Counted from the first letter of the stretch, positions 30,310-38,775 are shown. The stretch: DNA of 64,000 nt from Bdellovibrionota bacterium (GCA_044345405.1 JBIJBE010000002.1:96001-160000), one strand, 5' to 3'. The notes: generated by a model not told the origin, from the letters alone. Translations and numbers: made by a program.

Positions 30310-30438
30310 CCCTCTGAGAAACCGTCGTCCCATCTCCGGCATAAGAGTTGAATCGACCTACAGAACGGAATTATAGAAAACAAAAATCTCTGTCAAACGA
30401 CGTAAGGTGTGACCAATTAACGGCACGGATCTTGGTCA
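30310..30438 (-). promoter_or_regulatory. conserved operator/promoter/leader element, copy 3
   Basis: Perfect TGACCAA-N15-TTGGTCA at 30410-30438; TTGACA then TATAAT (15-bp spacer) or TAATTC (17-bp spacer); leader ACTCTTATGCCGGAGATGGGACGACGGTTTCTCAGAGGG. Confidence 0.75.
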
Positions 30439-30479
30439 AAATAGTATTCCGCCCTCCCCACAGCGACTCGCGCATGAAC

Positions 30480-30901
30480 AGTTGCGATTGGCTTCACAAA
30501 CTCAGTTTTTGGGTTCTATTTCGGTTACCATCACATCGTTACTCAGCAAGCACGAAACACTACCAACCCTTTTTCCCATCCACCGTGACGGATACGACCT
30601 CGGAATGCACTCCGAGCGAGGACCGGTAATTCTTAACAAAGCGACGACCGAGGAGCTCACGGGGGACGCGCAAGCGACACAGCGAACAAGATCCGATCCA
30701 CGCTCCCCGAGAAAGTTGCGGCGATGCTCGTTAATGCTGGAGATATCGTTGAACACTGCGCGATACTGCTCGTGCTCGACTCGATGAGGATGGAGTACCC
30801 GATTTGGACGTCGGTACGTGGGAAGATCTCGACTCGTTAAGCTTACACCTGGAACGGTCGTGCAAACGGGGTTGCCTCTTGAGGCAGTTGAACAGGAATA
30901 A
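30480..30901 (+). pseudogene. decayed copy of the 3' end of the carboxylase alpha gene (biotinyl domain)
   Basis: IHRDGYDLGMHSERGPVIL / NKIRSTLPEKVAAMLVNAGDIVEHCAILLVLDSMRMEYPI / PGTVVQTGLPLEAVEQE* against LYRDGNDLWVHSNRGTVVL / NEIRSTIPGKVAAVLVKEGDTVEQGATLLVLDSMKMEHPI / VGTIVHAGALLVSLEPH*; frameshifted, biotin Lys changed to Arg. Confidence 0.85.
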
Positions 30902-31315
30902 TTACCGCGAGTCGTTACTCAGGTCGGTCAACAGCGACACCACATTAGCGTTAAACTCACGCTGATTACGGAGCGCAGGACCAAACACCGCGTTAATAAC
31001 CGGTTGAAGCATTCGCTTCCCGAGAACGATAAACGGCCCAATGATCTTACGGTGCGAGGTCGGAGTCTGGGGCCGAACATCGGCGGAATAGATCTGACAG
31101 AGCCGTCTGAGAAGCTCAACTCGCTCTGGCGTCGCGGTGAATCCATCTCGGGTCACTGAGAATGAGAGCTGTGCGATATGGCGCTCATCCGCCTCGCTGA
31201 ACTTACCAGCGGCGCGCAGGTCGGCCACCCGTCGGGCGAGCGCATCGCGAACATCGGTGTTATTCTCCCCCGCGACGGAGAGCCAGTTTGACTGTGGTGA
31301 TGTAGGAGCTGCCAT
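30902..31315 (-). CDS. conserved hypothetical protein (island target; 3' end supplied by the island)
   Basis: Likely start MAAPTSP at 31315; TSHRKIIGPFIVLGKR...NQREFN motif recalled from small proteins/domains in polysaccharide loci. Confidence 0.75.
   Translation of the reverse strand: MAAPTSPQSNWLSVAGENNTDVRDALARRVADLRAAGKFSEADERHIAQLSFSVTRDGFTATPERVELLRRLCQIYSADVRPQTPTSHRKIIGPFIVLGKRMLQPVINAVFGPALRNQREFNANVVSLLTDLSNDSR
31026..31082. repeat. 57-bp perfect direct repeat, right island boundary
   Basis: Identical to 20864-20920. Confidence 0.92.
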
Positions 31316-31328
31316 AGCGGCGAGCGTA

Positions 31329-32258
31329 TCACAAGAACCGGTGGCGATGAAGCTCCACAAAACGGAGGCGGTGGAACTCCTCCCTTTTGGTGATATATCC
31401 GGCATCTAGCCCCGCCATCGCGGATACCAACATCCCGGCCCCCTCAAGCAAACCAGCCCCCGTTTGGTAGATCCGGATACCATCAGCGAACACCACTTCC
31501 CCCCGCTTTACCGCCGGTAAGGAGTCCCATTGGGGCGCATCCTCAAGCTTTCGAAGGTACCGGACGCTCTCTTCCAGCGTCTTCCCGCGCGGGGCAACCA
31601 TAATCGCGTCAGGGGCGAATGCCGCCAGCTCCTCCCATGTGGTCGGCTTGCTGATTTCGCGCTGCTCCGAATTCATTGTGCGGCCCGACACAAGTCGAAT
31701 AATATCAGGGATCCAACATCCCGCGATCTCCAAGGGCTCAACGCTTGAGAGCACAACCGTTTTCTTGTTTCGCAACCGCTCGTAGAGGTTCCGCCCCCAA
31801 TCAAGGAGCTGCGATTTTAGGCGCTGCGCTCGATCACGTCCGGTTGGCCCCATGCCGATAAGCGTTCCCAGATCACCGTAGGCATCAAGGAGATCGTTAA
31901 GGCTCGCGATATCAACGGACTTTACCCGAACGTTCTTCATCCAGTGGTGCTGGAAATATTCCTGCGCAAACCCGCAGAAGTCGTCGGGGTTATCAGAAAC
32001 GACCGTTGTAAGAATTACGGAGGGAGCGGCCTCTGTGAGCTTGTCGATATCGACCGGGATCGCTGAGAGGCCCGCCTGAAGCTTATCGCCCTCGACGCTA
32101 CCGGAGGGCTTGGGAGCTGAGGACCTGGTAACGACCGTTGGCGTATAGTCACTCGAGGGTGGCTGAGGGCAGAGGTGAGTCACGCCGAAGACCTTCCGCC
32201 CGTCGTGGAGAGCGTACAGTATCTCGGTAAGAAATGGGTTCAGGGAAACGATCTTCAT
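31329..32258 (-). CDS. BtuF/TroA-like ABC substrate-binding family protein
   Basis: MKIVSLNPFLTEILYAL...GVTH, AGCWIPDII, WEELAAFAPD, WDSLPAVKRGEV. Confidence 0.8.
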   Translation of the reverse strand: MKIVSLNPFLTEILYALHDGRKVFGVTHLCPQPPSSDYTPTVVTRSSAPKPSGSVEGDKLQAGLSAIPVDIDKLTEAAPSVILTTVVSDNPDDFCGFAQEYFQHHWMKNVRVKSVDIASLNDLLDAYGDLGTLIGMGPTGRDRAQRLKSQLLDWGRNLYERLRNKKTVVLSSVEPLEIAGCWIPDIIRLVSGRTMNSEQREISKPTTWEELAAFAPDAIMVAPRGKTLEESVRYLRKLEDAPQWDSLPAVKRGEVVFADGIRIYQTGAGLLEGAGMLVSAMAGLDAGYITKREEFHRLRFVELHRHRFL

Positions 32259-32547
32259 CAGCGCCTCGCGGGAAGGAACCTCTTCCACCTCTACCATCGG
32301 CCTAAGAGCTCGGTACCTTAAGAGGGCCCATCACCCGACCCGCAGGCGAGCCCAACCATCAACCCGACAAACCTCTGGAGAATTGGATTTACACAGGAAA
32401 ATCCCACCCTCACCGCCACAACCACTCTACAACAGCGTTATTGCTCTTGACGGTCGGGCGACCGAGGGGACACTCTAATCACTGTAGTTTTGATTACGTA
32501 TGTGTCGCGGGAACCGTCTCGCCCCTCCTTTTACACTCGAAAGCACC

Positions 32548-33435
32548 ATGACCCCCTCGAACCGCCCCCTCCTCCGCTCCCGCCTTGCTCGAGGATTCGC
32601 CGTTGCGTTGCTCGTATGTTCGGTCACAACCCTTCTCGCCTGCGCCACCCGTAGCTCTAAGTTCTCCTCCCTTCTCAATCAAGGGATCATGCCGGTTAGT
32701 GAGGAGAACGCCTTCATGGGCGCTAACCTCTTCCTCGCTCGAGAGATGGAGCAGAGCGTATACCTTTACAACTTCATGAAGGAACGGGGCGCCCCGCAGG
32801 GAATCGAACTCAAGGGAGACAGCGAGGACGATGTAGAGGCGCATTTCTACTACACCTCAGGCCCGGAGGAGTACCTCGCCAAGCCAGCCCCTCGACCACG
32901 ATTCAATCGAAACAAAGATACACGCAGGGAGTGGATCATTATCGGACCGTTCGCGGTCGATAAGGAGCGGTATCGCGAGATTCAACAGCTAGATAAAACT
33001 AATGGCGGCTCCTTTGAGATATTCGGTCGTCGGGAGTTCCTCGGACAGCAATCGAGCCCAGGCACACAGGTGGCTCTTCGTCCCGTATTCGTCCCGACTC
33101 CAATTCCTCCAAAGAAACACGTCGCGAAGAAGAAGCCGAGCGTTGATACCTCAGCCTCATCCACGATCAACTCCAAAGAGCCTGTAAACTTCGATCAACA
33201 GGCGCTCAAAGAGGCGAAGGAGATGGCGCCACGGGATGGACAGGGTGACATCGTACACACCGTGACTTCCAAGACCGAAACCCTTCAGTCGATCTCGCAG
33301 TGGTACACCTCGAAATCCACGAGCGCCGCTGAGGTTGCCAAGAAGAACGGACTTCCTGAGGATGCAAAGCTTAGTCCTGGGGCGAAGGTTATCGTTCCGA
33401 AGAGCTTGATTACCAATCCGAAGCGGATGCAATAG
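32548..33435 (+). CDS. LysM-domain lipoprotein
   Basis: Lipobox LLAC; C-terminal HTVTSKTETLQSISQWY...NGL...LSPGAKVIVP. Confidence 0.8.
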   Translation: MTPSNRPLLRSRLARGFAVALLVCSVTTLLACATRSSKFSSLLNQGIMPVSEENAFMGANLFLAREMEQSVYLYNFMKERGAPQGIELKGDSEDDVEAHFYYTSGPEEYLAKPAPRPRFNRNKDTRREWIIIGPFAVDKERYREIQQLDKTNGGSFEIFGRREFLGQQSSPGTQVALRPVFVPTPIPPKKHVAKKKPSVDTSASSTINSKEPVNFDQQALKEAKEMAPRDGQGDIVHTVTSKTETLQSISQWYTSKSTSAAEVAKKNGLPEDAKLSPGAKVIVPKSLITNPKRMQ

Positions 33436-33485
33436 CACAGCGCAGCATTCGTTCTCTATACTGGAGAGCGCAGCCTCACAATCAA

Positions 33486-34025
33486 CTAGGTAAGCCGCCG
33501 CTCCACAAGCGGCGAAGAGAGGTCATGCCCATTACACTGCACATACAAAGTCCCATCGCTCCGAGAGATAGTCATCTCATTCCGTCTATCGAGGGTGCCA
33601 ACGAGCGATGAGATAAAGCCGTCATCGAAGGAATAGAACGCGACCTCTTCGCCTCGAAAGATCGGAGCCTGCGTGAGCTGCTGATACACAACCTCCGCCG
33701 AACGGTGACAATACACAGCGACTCGCCGGGCTGCTTTCGCCGCGCGATGAATACGCTCGGCGCTCGGGGCGCCCACATCGATCCAGGCTGTGAAGGTTCC
33801 ATCGAGCCCTTTGATAGCGATAGCGGGATCCTCAGTTGCCCCAATACCGGGAGAGAACGAGATCCCCTCCCCGTACTCAACACAGAACGCAACAACACGC
33901 GCCATCATGAACTCAAGGCTCTCTGAGGGGTGCAACGCGGTGGGGAGCTTAAAGCTCTCGTAGACACTCCGGTCGGTATCGGAGAGATCAATCGAGAAGT
34001 GGTACACGGTTGATTTAGGGGACAC
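33486..34025 (-). CDS. yaeQ: YaeQ family protein
   Basis: IDLSDTDRSVY, ALHPSESLEFMMARVVAF, WIDVGAPSAERIHRA; GTG start at 34025 assumed. Confidence 0.88.
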   Translation of the reverse strand: MSPKSTVYHFSIDLSDTDRSVYESFKLPTALHPSESLEFMMARVVAFCVEYGEGISFSPGIGATEDPAIAIKGLDGTFTAWIDVGAPSAERIHRAAKAARRVAVYCHRSAEVVYQQLTQAPIFRGEEVAFYSFDDGFISSLVGTLDRRNEMTISRSDGTLYVQCNGHDLSSPLVERRLT

Positions 34026-34267
34026 GCAGTTTCCTTGATCTATGGTCGTTGTAGGGAACTCCTCTATGACGGAGGCAGTCCCTGAGGAAAGCTTAAAACA
34101 CCAACGACACACGGCATAGACCGTACGGGCTAATCACATCGAGAGAGAGCAAGGATAAAGGTCGAATCACGTCGCCCGTTAGGCACAAAACAAAGGCCCC
34201 GCTGGGAAGCGTTTCCAACTCTATGCGTTGCTTGATCTTTGAGAGTGACTTGATAATTGAGAGTGAA

Positions 34268-34353
34268 TGGTGCCCAGGAGAGGACTTGAACCTCTACGAC
34301 ATTTCTGCCACCAGCCCCTTAAACTGGCGTGTCTACCATTCCACCACCTGGGC
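34268..34353 (-). tRNA. tRNA-Leu(AAG)
   Basis: GCCCAGGTGGTGGAATGGTAGACACG-CCAGT-TTAAGGG-GCTGG-long variable arm-GTTCAAGTC...ACCA; anticodon at 34318-34320. Confidence 0.93.
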
Positions 34354-34391
34354 GTATGATTGTCTGCGTTGTCTTAACGCGGACCGGGAAT

Positions 34392-34787
34392 TTACTTCGG
34401 AACGTTGGCGCCGTCAACTGCCGCGGGCGGCTGAACGTCACTTTTTTGCTCAGTTTTTTGTTCGGTTGCAGGAGCCGCAGGTTGTTGTTGTCCCTCAGGA
34501 ATACCGCCCATAACGGACCCAGCAACCGCGTCAACCTTCGCGGCACCTTGACCACCCTGATTGAGCGCAAGCTTCACGAGCCCTACCGAGGTGAGCATGA
34601 AGGCAATAGCGATGAAGGTTGTCATCCGAACCAGGAGGGACGATGCGCCACCGACTCCAAAGACCGTACTAGCGCCACCGCCACCCATCACGGCGCCCGC
34701 ATCAGCGCCCTTCCCTTGCTGCAACAGCACGAGAATGACGAGCACGATAGCCAAGAGGACGTGGAGGGTCAGGACTGCGGTATACAT
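34392..34787 (-). CDS. secG: preprotein translocase subunit SecG
   Basis: LVLLQQGKGADAGAVMGGG, two TMs, followed by tRNA-Leu as is typical. Confidence 0.93.
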   Translation of the reverse strand: MYTAVLTLHVLLAIVLVILVLLQQGKGADAGAVMGGGGASTVFGVGGASSLLVRMTTFIAIAFMLTSVGLVKLALNQGGQGAAKVDAVAGSVMGGIPEGQQQPAAPATEQKTEQKSDVQPPAAVDGANVPK

Positions 34788-34885
34788 GGTCTCTATCCTT
34801 GAACGAAAACTGGTGAGTAACCTAGCACTTGCTGGGGCGCAGGGCTAGTGGATCCTACCCCTGGGCGCCGAACGCCAAAACAACC

Positions 34886-35671
34886 TTAATTCACTATCTT
34901 AAGGCCCTGGCTACCCTTTTGCTTCTCATCAAGGGTCGCGATGACCTTACGAGCTACATCAAGGAAGATATCAGCGACCTTCCCCTCACCAGCGGCCACC
35001 GGGGTACCGGCGTCCCCTCCCTCTCGAATGGCCGGGTCGATCGGAAGCTTTGCTAAGAGTGGAACGCCGAATTCCTTCGCGGTGCGCTCTCCACCGCCAC
35101 TTCCGAAGATCGGCATAACAGAACCGTCTGGCATCGGGAGTCCGGACATGTTCTCAACGATACCGAGAACATCAACGTTCACCTTCTTGAGCATGTTAAT
35201 TGATTTACGCACATCCGCGAGCGCGACCTCTTGCGGTGTCGTCACAACAACGGCGCCGGCGAGCTTCACCATCTGAGAGAGCGAGAGCTGCGCGTCTCCC
35301 GTTCCTGGAGGCATGTCGATGATCATGTAATCAACAACGCCCCAGTTCACATCCTCGAACATCTGGTGGAGCGCCTTGTTGAACATCGGTCCACGCCAGA
35401 TAACGGCGTCATCGGGGTGCTTCAGGAAGAATCCGAGCGAGATGTACTTAATGCCGTACTTCGCTGGCGGAATGAGCTTCTCTTCGTGATCAGGCACAAC
35501 CTGTCCACCACCGAGCAGGGTCGGAATACTTGGACCGTAGAAATCGCTGTCGATCAATCCGACCCTTGCGCCAGTTTTCGCGAGCGCGATAGCCAGATTC
35601 ACCGCGACCGTTGACTTACCAACGCCGCCCTTACCTGAAATAACTGGAACGATCTGACCGATACTCGACAT
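34886..35671 (-). CDS. mrp: Mrp/NBP35 (ApbC) ATP-binding Fe-S carrier
   Basis: SGKGGVGKST, YGPSIP, VIWRGPM, DMPPGTGDAQL, TTPQEVALAD, GIVENMS. Confidence 0.9.
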   Translation of the reverse strand: MSSIGQIVPVISGKGGVGKSTVAVNLAIALAKTGARVGLIDSDFYGPSIPTLLGGGQVVPDHEEKLIPPAKYGIKYISLGFFLKHPDDAVIWRGPMFNKALHQMFEDVNWGVVDYMIIDMPPGTGDAQLSLSQMVKLAGAVVVTTPQEVALADVRKSINMLKKVNVDVLGIVENMSGLPMPDGSVMPIFGSGGGERTAKEFGVPLLAKLPIDPAIREGGDAGTPVAAGEGKVADIFLDVARKVIATLDEKQKGSQGLKIVN

Positions 35672-35673
35672 AG

Positions 35674-37488
35674 CTACACTCCCATCTCTTGAGAAACAAC
35701 ATCCTCTTCGACTCGCTCATACCCCGGCACGGGTGGTTGCACCCAGTCCTCGCCGTTGTGCGCTCGCATCGCCTCGCGCTCGAGCAACGTTTTCGGAATC
35801 AACGAATCAACCGACTCCCACGGAAGGAGCTCTGAGAACCCGATCCTTCGAGAGACATAAAAATCAACGGGCGGCACACCAGGAACGATCTCGCGATCCG
35901 TGCGCTTCATGAGCCACTTCCAACTCTCTCCCTGCCGCTCCGCCTCGAGGAGGAGCTTACCAACTCGCCGGTCTCCCCGCGAGAGGAGTCCTTGGAAATA
36001 GCTCTCCTTCGGTGGTTCGAACCTAAATTCGAGGTTATGAACCTTCAGCACCTGCTTACGAAGTCGATCGATCTTCTTTTCAAGGGTCTTCGGGTCGAGC
36101 ATCGGCTCCCACTGAAAAGGGGTCGAGGCTTTCGGAATGAACGGATTAACCGAGAGGGATACCCACCCCATCTTTCCGGTCGGCCGGGAGATCTCCGTGA
36201 TCGCGTCGCGAACAGCGATAGCGAGCTTCGCGATAGCGTCGATATCCTCATCTGTTTCCGTCGGAAGCCCAACGATGAAGTAGAGCTTATACCCACGAAT
36301 ACCCGCCTCAGCGAGCTCACGAGCGGCGTTAATCACCTGCTCGTTAACCACACGCTTTCCAGCGGCGCGACGGAGACGATCACTTCCCGCCTCTGGAGCA
36401 AGCGAAACGGTCTTGTACTCACTCTCAGAGATACTCGCGGCGAGCGCACGCGTTACCTTCTGCGACATAATCGAGCTAAGCGACGCGCGCCCACCCTTCT
36501 CCGCTACCGTTTGCGCTAATTTAGAAATTGCCTTGTGCGAAGATACCGAGGCACCAACGAAGCCGATCGCATCGCTCTGCTCAAGACCAACCTGTACGGT
36601 GTCCTGCAACGTTTCCTCGTTACGTTTGCGGATCGGACGATAGATGTACCCAGCCACGCAGAAGCGACACCCCATCTCGCAACCACGCCCGGTCTCGGTG
36701 AGAAACATATCCTTGAATTCGGTCTCGGGGGTAAGAATTCGGCTGTGGGTCTTGAACTTCGAGAGGTCCTTCACAAATCGACGTCGAGGACGAGCGGGCA
36801 CATCATCGGGAACCTCGTACCGCTCCATCGTGCCATCGGCGTTGTAGTGCGGTTCGTAAAAACGAGGAACGTAAACCCCCTCAATCTGCGCGAGCCCCTT
36901 GAGCAACTCCTCACGGGACCATCCCTCACTCTTCGCTTTATGGAACACATCAACGAACTCAGGTAGAAGCTCCTCCGCCTCGCCCACGACGATCGCATCT
37001 AAGAAATCGGCTATCGGCTCCGGATTCAAGGTAACGGCGGTACCACCAGCGATAAGGAGCGGAAATCTGAACTTCGCCTCGCGAGCAGCCTCTTCACGCT
37101 CCTCCCACGAATTGAAAAGAAGCCCCTGATTGTTGAGCATCTTGAGGAGGTGGGGATAGTCGGTCTCGAAGGACATCGAGAAGCCGAGCATATCGCAATC
37201 ACCAAGAATGTTATTATTCTCAAATGATCGCCACTTCGTTGAGGCAACCTTCTCAGACTCGTGCTCTTCGGGAAGGAATCCTCGTTCGATAAGCACCCGA
37301 GAGTCCCGCGCGAGGATGTCGTACACGGCTTGAAACCCAAGGTTGGACATCGCCACCCAGTAGTTGTTTGGATAGGCGAGATGGAACTTCACATCTCCGG
37401 CGCTGTTGCTGTACGGCACAACGTATCGCTCAAGCGCTTTGAGCTCTTTATTCGTCGGATTCTTTAGCTTCGCTCGTTGAGTACTCAC
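35674..37488 (-). CDS. radical SAM protein (B12-binding-like N-terminus)
   Basis: YPNNYWVAMSNLGFQ, GRGCEMGCRFC, LAPEAGSDRLR, KLYFIVGLPTE, FIPKASTPFQW. Confidence 0.88.
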   Translation of the reverse strand: MSTQRAKLKNPTNKELKALERYVVPYSNSAGDVKFHLAYPNNYWVAMSNLGFQAVYDILARDSRVLIERGFLPEEHESEKVASTKWRSFENNNILGDCDMLGFSMSFETDYPHLLKMLNNQGLLFNSWEEREEAAREAKFRFPLLIAGGTAVTLNPEPIADFLDAIVVGEAEELLPEFVDVFHKAKSEGWSREELLKGLAQIEGVYVPRFYEPHYNADGTMERYEVPDDVPARPRRRFVKDLSKFKTHSRILTPETEFKDMFLTETGRGCEMGCRFCVAGYIYRPIRKRNEETLQDTVQVGLEQSDAIGFVGASVSSHKAISKLAQTVAEKGGRASLSSIMSQKVTRALAASISESEYKTVSLAPEAGSDRLRRAAGKRVVNEQVINAARELAEAGIRGYKLYFIVGLPTETDEDIDAIAKLAIAVRDAITEISRPTGKMGWVSLSVNPFIPKASTPFQWEPMLDPKTLEKKIDRLRKQVLKVHNLEFRFEPPKESYFQGLLSRGDRRVGKLLLEAERQGESWKWLMKRTDREIVPGVPPVDFYVSRRIGFSELLPWESVDSLIPKTLLEREAMRAHNGEDWVQPPVPGYERVEEDVVSQEMGV

Positions 37489-37503
37489 AGCTGCATCCGT
37501 TTC

Positions 37504-38004
37504 TTACTTGGGTTGAGTTGGTTGAGACGCCGGGGTCGCGCGCGCCGGCGCCTTCTTTCGACGCTCGGTGAGATTGGTGTATCTGTCGAGATTCAGCTCC
37601 GCACCCTTCACGCCCGGCGCCGCAACGAGGGTCTGTTGCTTTGAAGAGTTTGGTGGAAGGGTGTAGGTAAAGACATCCCGCTTCACAACGTCCAGGTTTT
37701 CATTGAGTTGGAGAGCTTCAACGTTTACGGAATAGGTGTCAGTCTTAGAGTTATTGAACACTTTCATGTCTAAGTGCCCCTCCTTCACCTTCGAGATAGA
37801 TCCGCTCAACGGAGAGACCTCATCCCGTCGCAACTCGTCAAACCCAAACGGCTCAGGGGCAGCGCTCACGGCGCGCCCGGTGTTGAAGGTCGTCGAGAGA
37901 TTTCCCCTCTTCGGTAGATCCTTATCAGGTGTCACCTCCGCGTAAGCAACGCGAGCGAGGGTCAGCACAACACACACAGCAAGAGCGCGTATGATTCGGT
38001 CCAT
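37504..38004 (-). CDS. secreted hypothetical protein
   Basis: Signal peptide ending AYA; co-oriented with the downstream genes. Confidence 0.7.
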   Translation of the reverse strand: MDRIIRALAVCVVLTLARVAYAEVTPDKDLPKRGNLSTTFNTGRAVSAAPEPFGFDELRRDEVSPLSGSISKVKEGHLDMKVFNNSKTDTYSVNVEALQLNENLDVVKRDVFTYTLPPNSSKQQTLVAAPGVKGAELNLDRYTNLTERRKKAPARATPASQPTQPK

Positions 38005-38111
38005 GAGATCCTTTTGTGAGGTTTAAAACCCCTTGCGAGTACACGCAGTTATACGGTACGGAAACCGCAGGATTTTACCAGGTACCCGATCCCTTCACAA
38101 CGTAGGAGACC

Positions 38112-38435
38112 TTGATGAGTATAATCATCAGCTTAGTAGCATGCCCCTCTGATGAGGTGGCCTCAGCCATCGCAAAACTGTTGGTAGACCGAGAACTTGC
38201 GGCGTGTGTCCAGGTCCTCCCCATCACCCAGTCGGTGTATCGGTGGAAGGGCGAGGTATGCATCGACCAAGAGGTCCTCCTCCTCATTAAAACCACCAGC
38301 GAGCTCAAAGATGAGGTCCAGAAAGCGGTCGAGGAGAACCATCCGTACGAGGTGCCTGAGTTTGTGGTGATTGAGGCGGCGGAGGTGTCGGAGAGATATG
38401 GGGAGTGGTTGAGGGGGAGTGTGCGTATAAGGTAG
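38112..38435 (+). CDS. cutA: divalent-cation tolerance protein CutA
   Basis: LAACVQ, SVYRWKG, LLIKT, HPYEVPE. Confidence 0.93.
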   Translation: MMSIIISLVACPSDEVASAIAKLLVDRELAACVQVLPITQSVYRWKGEVCIDQEVLLLIKTTSELKDEVQKAVEENHPYEVPEFVVIEAAEVSERYGEWLRGSVRIR

Positions 38436-38444
38436 CCCCCCATT

Positions 38445-38775
38445 TACTCGCTACGTTTACGTGCACGTGCCACGTAGGACGTAGGACGTAATGCGTCTAC
38501 GTCTTACGGTTAACGTGAGGCGGGATCGGAGAGAGCGGCATGGTGAATGGCTTATGGTGTACGTTTACGTCTACGTTGACGTGAGACGTAGTACGTAAAC
38601 CGTCTACGTTTTGCGGTTAGCGTCAGACGCTATCGAAGTGCTGCACGTCCTGGTGTATTGTTTATCGTTTACGTATACGTTGACGTAGGACCTAAGCTTA
38701 AGACGTAAACCGTCTACGTTTTGCGGTTAGCGTTAGACGTGGTCGGAGGGCTGCAGGGCTTATCGCCTACGTAGA
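38445..38775. repeat. intergenic ACGT-hexamer-rich tandem repeat (3 units of about 107-110 bp)
   Basis: Runs of nnACGT; 31-mer acgtaaaccgtctacgttttgcggttagcgt identical at 38593 and 38703, with a variant at 38486. Confidence 0.8.

Larger units (their letters stand above)
20864..31082. mobile_element. 10.2-kb genomic island integrated inside a CDS; no intact integrase seen
   Basis: 57-bp direct repeats, a replacement 3' gene end, accessory cargo and pseudogenes, visibly more AT-rich intergenic DNA. Confidence 0.8.

Noticed and set aside
22524-30438. The three repeated elements as integron attC-like cassette boundaries
   Set aside because: No long imperfect palindrome with RYYYAAC/GTTRRRY ends and no intI; each copy is followed by csrA, which fits promoter-module duplication better
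32370-32435. ACCTCTGGAGA resembling a glycine riboswitch start
   Set aside because: No CACCGAAG or CTCTCAGG motifs, and the downstream gene is a LysM lipoprotein
38445-38775. Possible CRISPR array (31-bp repeat at about 110-bp spacing)
   Set aside because: Only two exact copies, the intervening DNA is itself repetitive and too long, and there are no cas genes in the window
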